From IMG/VR virus record IMGVR_UViG_3300006105_000061, positions 1 to 33,853 of that record: a DNA stretch of 33,853 bases; one strand, given 5' to 3'. The notes under the pieces were generated by a model. That model saw only the letters and a program-made list of their open reading frames with translations. It was not told where the DNA came from and made no database searches. How positions within the stretch are numbered: position 1 is the first letter of the stretch; each line of letters starts with the position of its first letter. Position numbers and translations under genes: made by a program. The stretch is from a virus (lineage: Duplodnaviria; Caudoviricetes). Positions 7,542 through 17,720 of this stretch are shown in pieces.

Positions 7542-7565
7542 TTTCCCATAAATATCATTGGGAAA
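7542..7565 (+). promoter_or_regulatory. Late promoter core in the loop of an RBS-sequestering hairpin
   Basis: TTTCCCA-TAAATATCAT-TGGGAAA; ATG at 7571. Confidence 0.65.
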
Positions 7566-7570
7566 CAATT

Positions 7571-8671
7571 ATGCCAAGATTAAGTTTATATAGAAGTGAC
7601 CATACCAATGACTATAAGTGGCAAGATCGCAGAATCAGCGAATTGTATACGGTTGGCGGTGTAGGCGTAAACATTCACAAATATCTTGGTCCAAAAGATA
7701 CAGGCGCAACAACAGATTTAACGCAACCACAATATGCAAATCAAAGTGAAAAAAATATTCAAGATTTGCTATTCTTAGAAAATCGTGATCGTTCTTATGA
7801 TACTAGCATATATGAACTGCGTGGACATTATACAATTCAAGATATTGATTATAATTTAAGTCAGTTTGGACTATTTCAAAACCAAGATACGCTGTATATT
7901 ACCTTTCATACCAATGATATGGTTGATCGTTTAGGTCGTAAGATTATACCAGGCGATGTTTTTGAATTACCACATCTTCGTGATTACTATCCACTTGATG
8001 AAACGCTGCCTGCTGCGCTAAAGAAATTTTATGTTGTGCAAGAAGCAACTCGTGCCAGTGAAGGTTATGCCCAAACATGGTGGAATCATATCTGGCGTTG
8101 TAAGGTTGCTCCAATGGTTGATGGACAAGAGTATCGTGATATTCTTGATATGAACGCAGCCGATGGCAGTAAGAGTGATATTAAGACCAATGATACAATT
8201 CGTGATCTACTCAGTGCTTATACTAAAAATAATCAGATTAACGATGCAGTCGTTTCGCAAGCAGATAGTGATGTTCCACAAAGTGGATATAGCACAAATG
8301 CTCTTTATATATTGCCAGCAGTAGATGGCGTAAGTCCTATTGTATCTATACCAGGTTATCTAACAGGCAGTGCCACGCCACCAAATGGGTTACCTGTCAC
8401 GGCAGATGTGCAATTTCCATTGAATCCAACTCTTGGACAGTATGTGCTGCGTACAGATTATATGCCAAATAGATTATTTCGTTATGATGGACAGAAGTGG
8501 GTAGCTATTCAAGATGTTCAACGCACTGCGCTAACAGGCAATCTTAATTCTACACAGCTTGGTTCATTTATCAACAATAATAAAACAACACTGCTTGCCA
8601 ATGGTGCGGTTATACCACAGAAGCAAACACTAAGTAACCTACTACAAATATTACCAGATAAACTAGGATAA
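7571..8671 (+). CDS. Neck/head-completion protein, T4 gp14-like
   Basis: DLLFLENRDRSY, LSQFGLF, GRKIIPGDVFELP segments; position directly before the gp15-like gene; late promoter. Confidence 0.6.
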   Translation: MPRLSLYRSDHTNDYKWQDRRISELYTVGGVGVNIHKYLGPKDTGATTDLTQPQYANQSEKNIQDLLFLENRDRSYDTSIYELRGHYTIQDIDYNLSQFGLFQNQDTLYITFHTNDMVDRLGRKIIPGDVFELPHLRDYYPLDETLPAALKKFYVVQEATRASEGYAQTWWNHIWRCKVAPMVDGQEYRDILDMNAADGSKSDIKTNDTIRDLLSAYTKNNQINDAVVSQADSDVPQSGYSTNALYILPAVDGVSPIVSIPGYLTGSATPPNGLPVTADVQFPLNPTLGQYVLRTDYMPNRLFRYDGQKWVAIQDVQRTALTGNLNSTQLGSFINNNKTTLLANGAVIPQKQTLSNLLQILPDKLG

Positions 8672-8675
8672 TCAA

Positions 8676-10061
8676 GTGGATTTTTTCTACGATAAACAAA
8701 TCAGACGTTTTATGAATCAGTTCGTGCGAATATTCAGTTATATGTATGTTCAGTATGGCAATGATGCTAATGGCAATCAGGTTCTTTATCGTGTGCCATG
8801 TCGCTATGCAGATACTAATCGTCAGGTTGCTGCTATATTGCGTCAGAATAGCGATAACAATCTAAACAATGTGCCTATGATTGTTGTTTATATCACTGAT
8901 GTCAAGTATGACAGAACTCGTATGCAAGAACCAAAATTTGTTGATAAAACTGCTATTCGTCAACGTGCGATTGACCCACATACAGGCAATGCATCCACAC
9001 AACAAGGCAACACTTTTAGCCTAGACCGCCTAATGCCTGCTCCATATAGATTAACTGTAAAGATGGAAGTTTGGACTTCAAACTTTGATCAAAAATTACA
9101 AATATTTGAACAAATTGCTAGTCAGTTTAATCCTGATATGGAAATTCAAAGCACGGATAACTATCTTGATTGGACTAGTTTAAGTTATATCTTACTGACT
9201 GACACTAACTGGACCACAAGAAACATTCCAGTGGGTAGCGATGATCCAATTGATATTGCTACGTTTACGTTTGAGATGCCTATTTGGATCACTACGCCAG
9301 CAAAATTAAAACGACTGGGTGTTATTCAAAGTGTTGTTGCAAGCATTTATGATGGTAATGGAAATATCCAACAAAGCCTTGTTGATCAAACAAGTTTGCT
9401 AGGCAATCGTCAGTTCTTTACACCAACTGGTTATCAGGTTGTGGTTAACAATGGAAATGTCACACTGTTCAATCGTGGTGGACCAGAAATTAATAACACA
9501 AACTACAACATACCTACAACGCTAGGAAATGCTATTCCTTGGGCATCAACCATTTCAAGTTTTGGCAACATTGTTGCAAATTATAGTATGATGTATCTGA
9601 CAAATACCGCAACCGAACGATTGGTTGTTGGCACGGTTGCATATGATGCTACTAATCCAAATAACTTGCTTTTTAATGTAGACAGTGCTACAATACCTAC
9701 TAATATACTACCAAGTGTTAATGCAATTGTTGATCCACAGGTAAATGGACCTGGTTCAGGATTACCAGCAGCGAGCAGTGGTCAGCGATACTTAATTGTT
9801 AACAATTTAGGCGGAGCAAGTTTAGGAAATGGTGCAGCAGCATGGCAAAATGCAAACAGCAGTGTTACCGTTGCACAAGCAAATGATATTATACAGTATA
9901 GTGGCAATGCTTGGACAGTAGCATACCACCCTACACCAACAAGCAATGCAAGTTATGTCACCAACACTTTTAGTAGTATTCAATATGCATGGAATGGTAG
10001 TCAATGGCAAAAAAGTTGGGAAGGTCTCTACCCAGAAGGGTATTGGTCAATAGTAATCTAA
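8676..10061 (+). CDS. Tail completion/sheath stabiliser, T4 gp15-like, with C-terminal extension
   Basis: FFYDKQIRRF..F..IF, VPCRY, PAPY, QIFEQI...FNP, FTFEMPIWI are gp15-type motifs. Confidence 0.7.
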   Translation: MDFFYDKQIRRFMNQFVRIFSYMYVQYGNDANGNQVLYRVPCRYADTNRQVAAILRQNSDNNLNNVPMIVVYITDVKYDRTRMQEPKFVDKTAIRQRAIDPHTGNASTQQGNTFSLDRLMPAPYRLTVKMEVWTSNFDQKLQIFEQIASQFNPDMEIQSTDNYLDWTSLSYILLTDTNWTTRNIPVGSDDPIDIATFTFEMPIWITTPAKLKRLGVIQSVVASIYDGNGNIQQSLVDQTSLLGNRQFFTPTGYQVVVNNGNVTLFNRGGPEINNTNYNIPTTLGNAIPWASTISSFGNIVANYSMMYLTNTATERLVVGTVAYDATNPNNLLFNVDSATIPTNILPSVNAIVDPQVNGPGSGLPAASSGQRYLIVNNLGGASLGNGAAAWQNANSSVTVAQANDIIQYSGNAWTVAYHPTPTSNASYVTNTFSSIQYAWNGSQWQKSWEGLYPEGYWSIVI

Positions 10062-10483
10062 CCGCAGTAGGTGCACTTTTTATAAGTGTAAAAACTCAAC
10101 GTGGATTATTCTTACTACGTGATCAAGATACTTACAGTAATACTTGGGGACTAGTAGGCGGAACCGTAGAGTATGGTGAAACATTATATGGTGGATTGGT
10201 TCGTGAAATTAATGAAGAAATAGGGTTTGAACCGCCTATTCAAAAAGTAATTCCACTCGAATATTTCAATAGTCCAGATGGACATTTTAGTTATCATACT
10301 TTTGTTGCGCTAACTGACAACGAGTTTATACCTATACTCTCCAGTGAACACAAGGGTTATGCTTGGTGCGATTTGAGCAACACTCCAAAACCACTACACC
10401 CTGGTTTATATAATAGTTTCTCATCCAACGTAGTGAAAGACAAACTTAAAACTATAAAACAAATATTAGAAATCACCAAGTAG
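10004..10483 (+). CDS. Nudix hydrolase
   Basis: Nudix box GGTVEYGETLYGGLVREINEEIG; EH..YAW; exact start uncertain (overlaps the upstream gene). Confidence 0.85.
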   Translation: MAKKLGRSLPRRVLVNSNLTAVGALFISVKTQRGLFLLRDQDTYSNTWGLVGGTVEYGETLYGGLVREINEEIGFEPPIQKVIPLEYFNSPDGHFSYHTFVALTDNEFIPILSSEHKGYAWCDLSNTPKPLHPGLYNSFSSNVVKDKLKTIKQILEITK

Positions 10484-11179
10484 TATTGCGTCACGAACAC
10501 TTACTTCACGATAATTATTGAGTGTTTTTAAAATTGGATCAAAATCATTACTGTGTTGTGTGCGCACTCTATAAAATTGTGTAGAACTAAATGCACGTAC
10601 TACATTATACAAAAATGCATTAAATTTTTGAAAATCTTCTATATATTCAGCAGACTCATAGCCAAATGTATCAGCATAAATGTTTTCGCTTGTGACACCA
10701 TCGCTACCATCAAATCCAAACAAGAATACTTTCTGTGCACCATCAAATGCTGCAAGATATGTGGCACTAGCACCAGCATCCATGTGATAACTGCCTGGCA
10801 ACATGTTTGTATCACGGTAAGTTAGCCAATGGTTATTTGGTGTAAACATTTTGTTATAATCACTTAATGGAATATCACTAAAAAAGATATTATTTTTAAT
10901 TACATAGTAATCTGCAGGCGTATCACGATATGCGGCATTGCAAGCATAGGTAAGTTTATAACCTTCTGCAACACGACGATTATTTGCATCTATAATTAAC
11001 TTAACAGTAGGATCAAGTCTGCTAATACCGTTGCCAAGAACAACTGCGCTGCGGCTATTCCAATCATAGGGCAAATCTCTCGGTGTAACAAAGATACTTT
11101 TTTGTGTGGCATCTTCTACATAAGAGATAGTTTCACCTGTATAATCACGGCGATATGTTGGTCTGTGTATATTTCCCAT
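10466..11179 (-). CDS. Maf/DUF115/GT29-like Rossmann-fold transferase
   Basis: AVVLGNGISR, TYACNA, DYYV, AGASATYLAAFDGAQKVFLFGFD (GNGxS ... N ... G..A ... G.k.i.L.GFD pattern). Confidence 0.6.
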   Translation of the reverse strand: MGNIHRPTYRRDYTGETISYVEDATQKSIFVTPRDLPYDWNSRSAVVLGNGISRLDPTVKLIIDANNRRVAEGYKLTYACNAAYRDTPADYYVIKNNIFFSDIPLSDYNKMFTPNNHWLTYRDTNMLPGSYHMDAGASATYLAAFDGAQKVFLFGFDGSDGVTSENIYADTFGYESAEYIEDFQKFNAFLYNVVRAFSSTQFYRVRTQHSNDFDPILKTLNNYREVSVRDAILLGDF

Positions 11180-12516
11180 TAGAATCTTCCTACTGCTATT
11201 TCAATTTTTACTATGCTATCATCCAAGATGATATCCATGCTCTTACCAATTATACAACCTGGCTCGTATAACGATTTATCTAGCGCACACGCTACACCAC
11301 GCTCACTACTACTTACCAATAGCGTTCCTTTATTTACTGGTCCACGCACTAAACAAGGAACACGACCTGTTAGCGCAATCGGCAACCAATTATCATGCTC
11401 AAAGTTATCATTCATAAGATAAGCAGGATTGGTAGATACTACACCAGCAACTGCTGTATCATGAGATTGGGTTGAAACCGTGACATCAAGATCACCACCA
11501 AATATCATAACAGTGCCAGGTGTATAATAATCATCCGCATGATACATTTCGGCCAAGTCAGCGTATTTTGCGGTTGTTGATGTACCAGTAAATGTTACGG
11601 CATAACAGGTGCTCCAATAAGCACTTGCACTTCCCAGTGTAACAGCATTATTACTACTTGGTGTATGAGTAGAACTTGTTATTGTGCTGAATGTACCAGC
11701 ACTACTTGAGTTGCCAATAGTAGTTGCTAATAAACTGGTAGCATTGATCGTAGCACCATTAGTTGTTCCTTGTAGGTTAGTTGTTCCACTTACAGTAAGT
11801 CCAGTTAGAGTTCCTACAGAAGTAATATTTGTTTGTGCTGCAGTTGATAGGGTACCAGTTAACGTAGCACCCGTATTACCAATAGTACCAGCATAAATTG
11901 CACTACCAGTATGAATGTTACCGTTAACGGCAGAAGCTGTATTGCCGATAGTAGTACCAAGAATAGAAGTACCATTAATGGTTTGTCCATTTATAGCACC
12001 TGCCATAGTTAAGCTAGTTAATGCACCAAGTGAAGTAATATTGGTCTGTGCTGCCGTTTGTAATGTACCAGTAATACTACTTGCTGAATTTCCAATAGTA
12101 GTTGCTAGTAAACTACTAGCATTGATAGTGGCACCATTTGTAGTGCCTTGTAAATTAGTAGTGCCACTAACAGTAAGACCAGTTAGTGTCCCAACACTTG
12201 TGATATTTGTTTGTGCTGCACTACTTGAGTTTAACGTTCCATATAATACAGCACTTGCATTTCCAATAGTACCAGCATTTACTGCTGGTGCAGCAATTGT
12301 ATCAGTTGTCGTGATGGTAGTTGTATTGATAAATGTGGTGTTACCCGCAATACTTAAGTTACCACCTACGTATAAGTTACCAGTAATACCAGCGCCACCA
12401 GTTAACTGCAAACTACCAGTTGTAGTAGAAGTTGCAGCATAACCACCAGAGATAACAAGGTTGCTATCAATCGTTGCGTTACCATAAATGCGTGTTCCGT
12501 CTAGTAGTTTTGCCAT
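11179..12516 (-). CDS. Tail fibre/spike protein with C-terminal Peptidase G2-like autocleaving chaperone
   Basis: AQTNITSVGTL repeats; C-terminal YADLAE...GVVSTNPAYLMN...ALTGRVP (about 11179-11572). Confidence 0.7.
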   Translation of the reverse strand: MAKLLDGTRIYGNATIDSNLVISGGYAATSTTTGSLQLTGGAGITGNLYVGGNLSIAGNTTFINTTTITTTDTIAAPAVNAGTIGNASAVLYGTLNSSSAAQTNITSVGTLTGLTVSGTTNLQGTTNGATINASSLLATTIGNSASSITGTLQTAAQTNITSLGALTSLTMAGAINGQTINGTSILGTTIGNTASAVNGNIHTGSAIYAGTIGNTGATLTGTLSTAAQTNITSVGTLTGLTVSGTTNLQGTTNGATINATSLLATTIGNSSSAGTFSTITSSTHTPSSNNAVTLGSASAYWSTCYAVTFTGTSTTAKYADLAEMYHADDYYTPGTVMIFGGDLDVTVSTQSHDTAVAGVVSTNPAYLMNDNFEHDNWLPIALTGRVPCLVRGPVNKGTLLVSSSERGVACALDKSLYEPGCIIGKSMDIILDDSIVKIEIAVGRF

Positions 12517-12517
12517 T

Positions 12518-12548
12518 AATTATTCCACTGTATATTTAGGTGGTAATT
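12518..12548 (-). promoter_or_regulatory. Late promoter core in hairpin loop upstream of 11179..12516
   Basis: Minus strand AATTACCAC-CTAAATATACA-GTGG(AA)TAATT; TAAATA at 12533-12538. Confidence 0.55.
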
Positions 12549-12570
12549 TTATTACATATCATATTAAAAA

Positions 12571-13761
12571 TTAAATTAAATTAGGAAAAGTAACACCCCA
12601 ATTAATAAGGACTGCACCTTGTCCACCATTAGCCGAAGCAGTTCCGCCTTGTCCGCCTCCTCCGCCGTAAATACCACCGGCACCGGCAGTACTGCCAGTT
12701 GCAGCAGTGTTGCCTGTTTGTCCTCCTGAACCACCGCCTCCGCCACTATTTACGGTACCACCACTGCCGTTTAACCCTATTCCATTTATACCAACTCCGC
12801 CGCCTCCTCCCGAACCACTTGCGCTGCTGGCACCACCACCAGCACCGCCACCTACACCAGAGGTAGCCGCAATAGTTGCATTACCGCCATTTCCTCCATT
12901 TCCCGTGTAACCAGCAGCACCGCCGCCACCACTGGATTGGATATTAGAATTTCCACCAACTCCACCGCCGTATGTGCCGTAAGCGGTGCTTGGCCAACTT
13001 CGTCCACCTGCGCCAATACCAAGTGAGTTTCCAATACTTCCTCCACCGCCACCTTCTGCCATACATAAAACATTTGCTGCAGTCATAATTTGCGAGGCAT
13101 AAGTTCCACCAATAGAAACTGTCCAAGAAGTTCCGCTTCCACTTACTATAGTTCCAAGATAAACTTGTCCACTATTCACAGTTGATCCAGAAAATATAGA
13201 TGTTCCAACAGTAAAAGATTGAGAAATAGATGTTGTTAAAGTTGTTCCACTACACGATGCCGTAAAAGTTGTAACTGAAGATAATGGTGCAACATAACTA
13301 CATCCTCCAGCACCTCCATTACCTACTCCTACACCACCAAGTCCTACATAGACGGTGTAGGCGGTGCCAGGTGTTACAGTAACGTTATTTACCCAAGCAA
13401 ATCCGCCGCCACCACCAGCATAGTTAAAAGTTGTAGCACGTCCACCGCCACCACCACCGATAGTAGCTATATTAATGGATGTAATAGGATTAGGAATTAC
13501 AACAGTGCTGTTAGCAGTATATTGTCTATAACTTATAGCAGTCTCATCAAATATTCCAGATATTTGCATATTACCATTTGGATATAATCGTTGAGCAACA
13601 CTACCACCGTATATAGTATATTCGTCAAATATGCCAGATATTTGCATATTACCATTTGGATATAATCGTTGAGCAACACTACTACCACGTATAGTATATT
13701 CGTCAAACCCACCGGCAACTTGTAGATTGCCACCTTTAATTAATTTAGAAGCTAGTGCCAT
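12571..13761 (-). CDS. Glycine-rich adhesin/receptor-binding-like protein
   Basis: N-terminal 26-aa repeats, then poly-Gly domain (IGGGGGG...GGGGGFAW...GGQGAVLINW). Confidence 0.7.
   Translation of the reverse strand: MALASKLIKGGNLQVAGGFDEYTIRGSSVAQRLYPNGNMQISGIFDEYTIYGGSVAQRLYPNGNMQISGIFDETAISYRQYTANSTVVIPNPITSINIATIGGGGGGRATTFNYAGGGGGFAWVNNVTVTPGTAYTVYVGLGGVGVGNGGAGGCSYVAPLSSVTTFTASCSGTTLTTSISQSFTVGTSIFSGSTVNSGQVYLGTIVSGSGTSWTVSIGGTYASQIMTAANVLCMAEGGGGGSIGNSLGIGAGGRSWPSTAYGTYGGGVGGNSNIQSSGGGGAAGYTGNGGNGGNATIAATSGVGGGAGGGASSASGSGGGGGVGINGIGLNGSGGTVNSGGGGGSGGQTGNTAATGSTAGAGGIYGGGGGQGGTASANGGQGAVLINWGVTFPNLI
13547..13708. repeat. 78-bp tandem repeat (two near-identical copies plus a degenerate third toward 13755)
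   Basis: tcaaa anchors at 13547, 13625 and 13703; encodes FDEYTI..SVAQRLYPNGNMQISGI. Confidence 0.9.
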
Positions 13762-16700
13762 TATCCAAATACCGTGTCTAAACTACCAGTTGCAGCATTA
13801 TAATATGTATAAGCCACGCTTGTATTATTACCACTGTATGTATAACCAGTACGCTGTTGTGTATAGATATTTCCACCCGCATACACGTTAGCACCAACAC
13901 CTACGCCACCAGAAACTACTAGGGCACCAGTTGTTGTAGATGTGCTTACTGCAGCATTGGTAATATTCACCGCACCAGGCATCTGTAGATTACCAAAGTA
14001 ATCTAATGTCATACGAAGTGTGCCTGGTGTATACCATCTAAATGAACCATTTTGGTTATCTATTTGCCAGTTAGCAGCCGCATTACCATTAAAGAAACCA
14101 ATTCTTGGAGTATATGGTGCAGTTCCAGCATTACCAATATAAACACCAGGTGTGGTTGTGTTTTCATTATACCAACCATTAGCGGTTAAGTATCCGCCAG
14201 CAACAACGTTACCGCCAACGCCAATACCACCACCAACAACAATTGCGCCAGTAGTTGTGCTTGTAGAAGTAGATGTACTGTTAGATACAAGGTTACCGCT
14301 TGTAATATTATATTGTAAGTAAGTTGCACCAGCAAATGATCCGCCGTTATTAAACTGCACCATAGTGTTAGCACCACCAGGTGAAGTGCTACCACCACCG
14401 CCGCCGCTGCTATATGCAGCACCGTTTGACCAATATACGCCACTTGTAGTAACAAGATTTCCTACAGTTGCAACACTTGGAACAGTAAGTGCTCCAGCAT
14501 CGGTCAAGTTGAAAATATTATTAGTATATGCACTATTAATTACTTGGAATGAACCAGCATTATCTATACGGAAATACTTGTTTGGGTTAGTTGCAGCACT
14601 GTAGGTATTTGTTAATTTAAGAAAATCAAGATATCCTGTGCCACCTTGCCCATAAACGTTACCAACAATTGATAGCGCACTTGTTTGTGCGGTGCTACCA
14701 GTTGCAATATAAATGTTTGCATAATTGTTTAGTGTGGTATTACCGCTTGCAGTTAAAGTGGTAAATGCACCACTATTTGCGCTATTAGCACCGATTGCAC
14801 CAGTAAGATATGCAGTTATCTGACCACCACTGCTTGTTGTGAAACTTGGACTTGTAAGCGCACCTGTGCTTGTGATATTAGTTTGTGCTGCGGTTGATAG
14901 TGTACCAGTTAAGGTTGTGCCTGTGTTACCTATTGTACCAGCATATACTGCTGAACCATTAATTAAATTACCATTTATCGCAGCAGCAGTATTACCTATT
15001 GTGGTTGCGTATAGGTTTGTTGCATTGATAGTGGCACCGTTAGTTGTGCCTTGTAGATTTGTAGTTCCACTTACAGTAAGTGATCCCAATGTACCAACAC
15101 TTGTAATATTGGTTTGTGTTGCAGTTGATAGAGTACCAGTAAGGGTAGCACCAGTATTACCAATTGTACCAGCATATAGCGACACACCGTTAAAATTATT
15201 TGCATATACTGCACCAACAATACCAACACCACCAGCAACTTGAAGTGCACCACTTGTAGTGTTAGTAGCAACTGTAGTATTTTGAACAAGAGCAGCACCA
15301 AATTTTATTGTGTCATAAACAATATTAGTATTTGCAAGATTTACTACACCACCGCTTGGTTCTGGTAAGTTAGAGAATAGATACCATTGATTATCTACGT
15401 GATTGCGTGTAAAACCAGTATGTTGATAATTGTTAATATTACCACCGACAAAGTGGCTATAGAAACCAATTTCATAGTTGTATGATCCAGAATTTGCACT
15501 CAAGTATATTAGCGGATCGCTAACAACGAGTTGCTGAGAAGTTTGTGATATAATATTTGCAGCATAAATGTTACCACCAACATACAAATCTTGTTGAATT
15601 GCTGCGCCACCTTGTGTAACAATAAGAGCACCTGTACCAAGACCGCTTGTGTTTGTTGCATTAGTAACAGTGGCTGTTGTAAATGTAGCAGTATTTGGTG
15701 TATTTGCGCCAAGCGCACCATTGAGATAGCCAGCAATACTACCAGAACTTATAGTACCATGAATTGCATTAGTTGCGGTTATAGTTGTAAATGTACCAGT
15801 ATTGGGAGTGTTTGCACCGATAGCACCAGTAAGATAACCAGTAATCTGTCCGCCGTTACTAGCAGTGAAACTTGGGCTTGTTAGCGCACCAGTGCTTGTA
15901 ATATTACCTTGTGCTGCGGTAATTAGGGTACCTTGTAGTAGCGCACCACTATTGCCAATTAAACCCGCCTGTAATTGATTAGTTGTAGTTGTACCAGTAA
16001 CATTAAGTGAGGTCAATTGTCCAACACTCGTAATATTACCTTGAGAAGAAGTGGTAAGCGTTCCTGTTATAAGTGCTCCACTATTACCTAAAACGCCTGC
16101 TTGTACCTGATTTGCAGCAATAGTACCAGTTGAAGTAAGAGAAGTTAGTATGCCTACGCTTGTAATATTGCCTTGAGCAGCATTTACAAGTGTTCCAACT
16201 AACAAAGCACTAGTGTTACCAATTTGTCCGCCATTAATTTGGTTTGCAGCAATAGTACCAGTTGAAGTAAGAGAAGTTAGTATTCCAACCGAAGTAATGT
16301 TGCCCTGTGCTGCTGTAATTAAGGTACCTTGTAGTAATGCACCACTATTACCAATTAAACCCGCTTGTAATTGGTTAGTATTGGTAGTGCCAGTAACATT
16401 AAGTGAGGTTAGTTGTCCAACACTTGTAATGTTTGTTTGACTTGCACTTTGTGAGTTAAGTGTTCCATAAAGTACTGCACCAGCATTACCAATAGTACCA
16501 GCAATGACCGTAGGAGCAGCAATGGTTCCAGTAGAAGTTAGACTTGTTAATGTACCAAGTGAGGTTATATTAGGTTGAGCAGCACTACTAGTATTAAGTG
16601 TTCCATATAATATAGCACCGCTATTACCAATTGTGCCAGCATTTATTGTTGGCGCACTGACAGTTCCTTGTGCAGTGATCGTGCTTGTAGCTGTAACAGT

Positions 16701-17684
16701 TGTAAATGCACCGCTATTCGCACTATTAGCACCAATAGCACCAGTAAGGTAACCACTTACCTGACCACCCGTATTAGTTGTTAAACTACTAGGTGATAAA
16801 GTTCCAGTATAAGTTGGAAGATAGGCAGCAACTTGTGTATTAGAATAATTGCTACTACTAAATGCAACACCGTTTGCCCAATAATAAGCAGCACTATAAG
16901 TTGCAGTATTAGCAACATGATTGGCAGCATACATATTTGCGGTTTGTGCTGTAATATTACCGCTTGTGGTTAATCCCGTTAAGATACCAACACTTGTAAT
17001 AAATGGCTGTGCGTTAGTAGCAATAGTTCCATAAAGCGAACTACCAGTATTACCAATTACGTTGGCATTAATCGTAGGGGCAGCAATTGTATCAGTTGTT
17101 GTAATAGTAGTTGTATTAATAAACGTGGTGTTACCAGCAATGGATAAGTTACCACCAACATAAAGGTTACCACTAATACCAGCACCACCACTAACGATTA
17201 AAGCACCACTAGTTGTACTCGTTGAAGTTGTAGTATTGCTTATTGTAATAATATTGGTTGTGCTATTACCATAGTTTGTAACGCTTTGTAGCGTATTGGT
17301 GGTATCAATAAAACTATATAGGTTGCTAAAAGTAATAGCAGTTGTACCTATTTGAACATTTGGTTCACCGCCAGGAATATAATAGAATACGTTGCCATTT
17401 ATTGAACCTTGTTCAACAAATGTCATTGCGCCACTGCTTATTTGACGATAATCATTAAAGTCACTAGCACGTGTCCAAGAACCATTACTTCCTGTGCCTA
17501 ACGTTGTTACACGATAGATACCATTTAGCGAACTTGGTGTTTGGTCTTTTACTAGAACACGGTCATTGGCAACTAGTGTGATACCATCAAGCGTATTTGG
17601 TGCTGCTGCAAGATTGATGTTTGCACCAACGGACGCTGCTTTAACGCTGTCTTTAAAATCACTTACTGTACGTGTTAATGCCAT
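13761..17684 (-). CDS. Long tail fibre-like protein, 1307 aa
   Basis: N-terminal KDSVKAAS...LDGITLVANDRVLVKDQ...NGIY (COG5301-type phage fibre domain); about 40-aa AQ.NITSVG.LT repeats; T/G/S/N/A-rich. Confidence 0.8.
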   Translation of the reverse strand: MALTRTVSDFKDSVKAASVGANINLAAAPNTLDGITLVANDRVLVKDQTPSSLNGIYRVTTLGTGSNGSWTRASDFNDYRQISSGAMTFVEQGSINGNVFYYIPGGEPNVQIGTTAITFSNLYSFIDTTNTLQSVTNYGNSTTNIITISNTTTSTSTTSGALIVSGGAGISGNLYVGGNLSIAGNTTFINTTTITTTDTIAAPTINANVIGNTGSSLYGTIATNAQPFITSVGILTGLTTSGNITAQTANMYAANHVANTATYSAAYYWANGVAFSSSNYSNTQVAAYLPTYTGTLSPSSLTTNTGGQVSGYLTGAIGANSANSGAFTTVTATSTITAQGTVSAPTINAGTIGNSGAILYGTLNTSSAAQPNITSLGTLTSLTSTGTIAAPTVIAGTIGNAGAVLYGTLNSQSASQTNITSVGQLTSLNVTGTTNTNQLQAGLIGNSGALLQGTLITAAQGNITSVGILTSLTSTGTIAANQINGGQIGNTSALLVGTLVNAAQGNITSVGILTSLTSTGTIAANQVQAGVLGNSGALITGTLTTSSQGNITSVGQLTSLNVTGTTTTNQLQAGLIGNSGALLQGTLITAAQGNITSTGALTSPSFTASNGGQITGYLTGAIGANTPNTGTFTTITATNAIHGTISSGSIAGYLNGALGANTPNTATFTTATVTNATNTSGLGTGALIVTQGGAAIQQDLYVGGNIYAANIISQTSQQLVVSDPLIYLSANSGSYNYEIGFYSHFVGGNINNYQHTGFTRNHVDNQWYLFSNLPEPSGGVVNLANTNIVYDTIKFGAALVQNTTVATNTTSGALQVAGGVGIVGAVYANNFNGVSLYAGTIGNTGATLTGTLSTATQTNITSVGTLGSLTVSGTTNLQGTTNGATINATNLYATTIGNTAAAINGNLINGSAVYAGTIGNTGTTLTGTLSTAAQTNITSTGALTSPSFTTSSGGQITAYLTGAIGANSANSGAFTTLTASGNTTLNNYANIYIATGSTAQTSALSIVGNVYGQGGTGYLDFLKLTNTYSAATNPNKYFRIDNAGSFQVINSAYTNNIFNLTDAGALTVPSVATVGNLVTTSGVYWSNGAAYSSGGGGGSTSPGGANTMVQFNNGGSFAGATYLQYNITSGNLVSNSTSTSTSTTTGAIVVGGGIGVGGNVVAGGYLTANGWYNENTTTPGVYIGNAGTAPYTPRIGFFNGNAAANWQIDNQNGSFRWYTPGTLRMTLDYFGNLQMPGAVNITNAAVSTSTTTGALVVSGGVGVGANVYAGGNIYTQQRTGYTYSGNNTSVAYTYYNAATGSLDTVFG
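15895..16640. repeat. Tandem in-frame repeats of about 120-135 bp in the 1307-aa fibre
   Basis: Successive Q.NITS(V/L)G.LTSL....T......AG.IGN..A.L.GTL units; 15901-16030 closely resembles 16297-16426. Confidence 0.75.
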
Positions 17685-17690
17685 TGTTGT

Positions 17691-17720
17691 TCTCTAATAT
17701 AGTATTTAACCAATTAGAGA
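17691..17720 (-). promoter_or_regulatory. Late promoter core in the loop of a perfect 8-bp hairpin
   Basis: Minus strand TCTCTAAT-TGGTTAAATACTAT-ATTAGAGA; TAAATA at 17703-17708; ATG at 17684. Confidence 0.65.

Noticed and set aside
13547-13708. CRISPR array
   Set aside because: Contiguous in-frame 78-bp coding repeat without unique spacers; no cas genes
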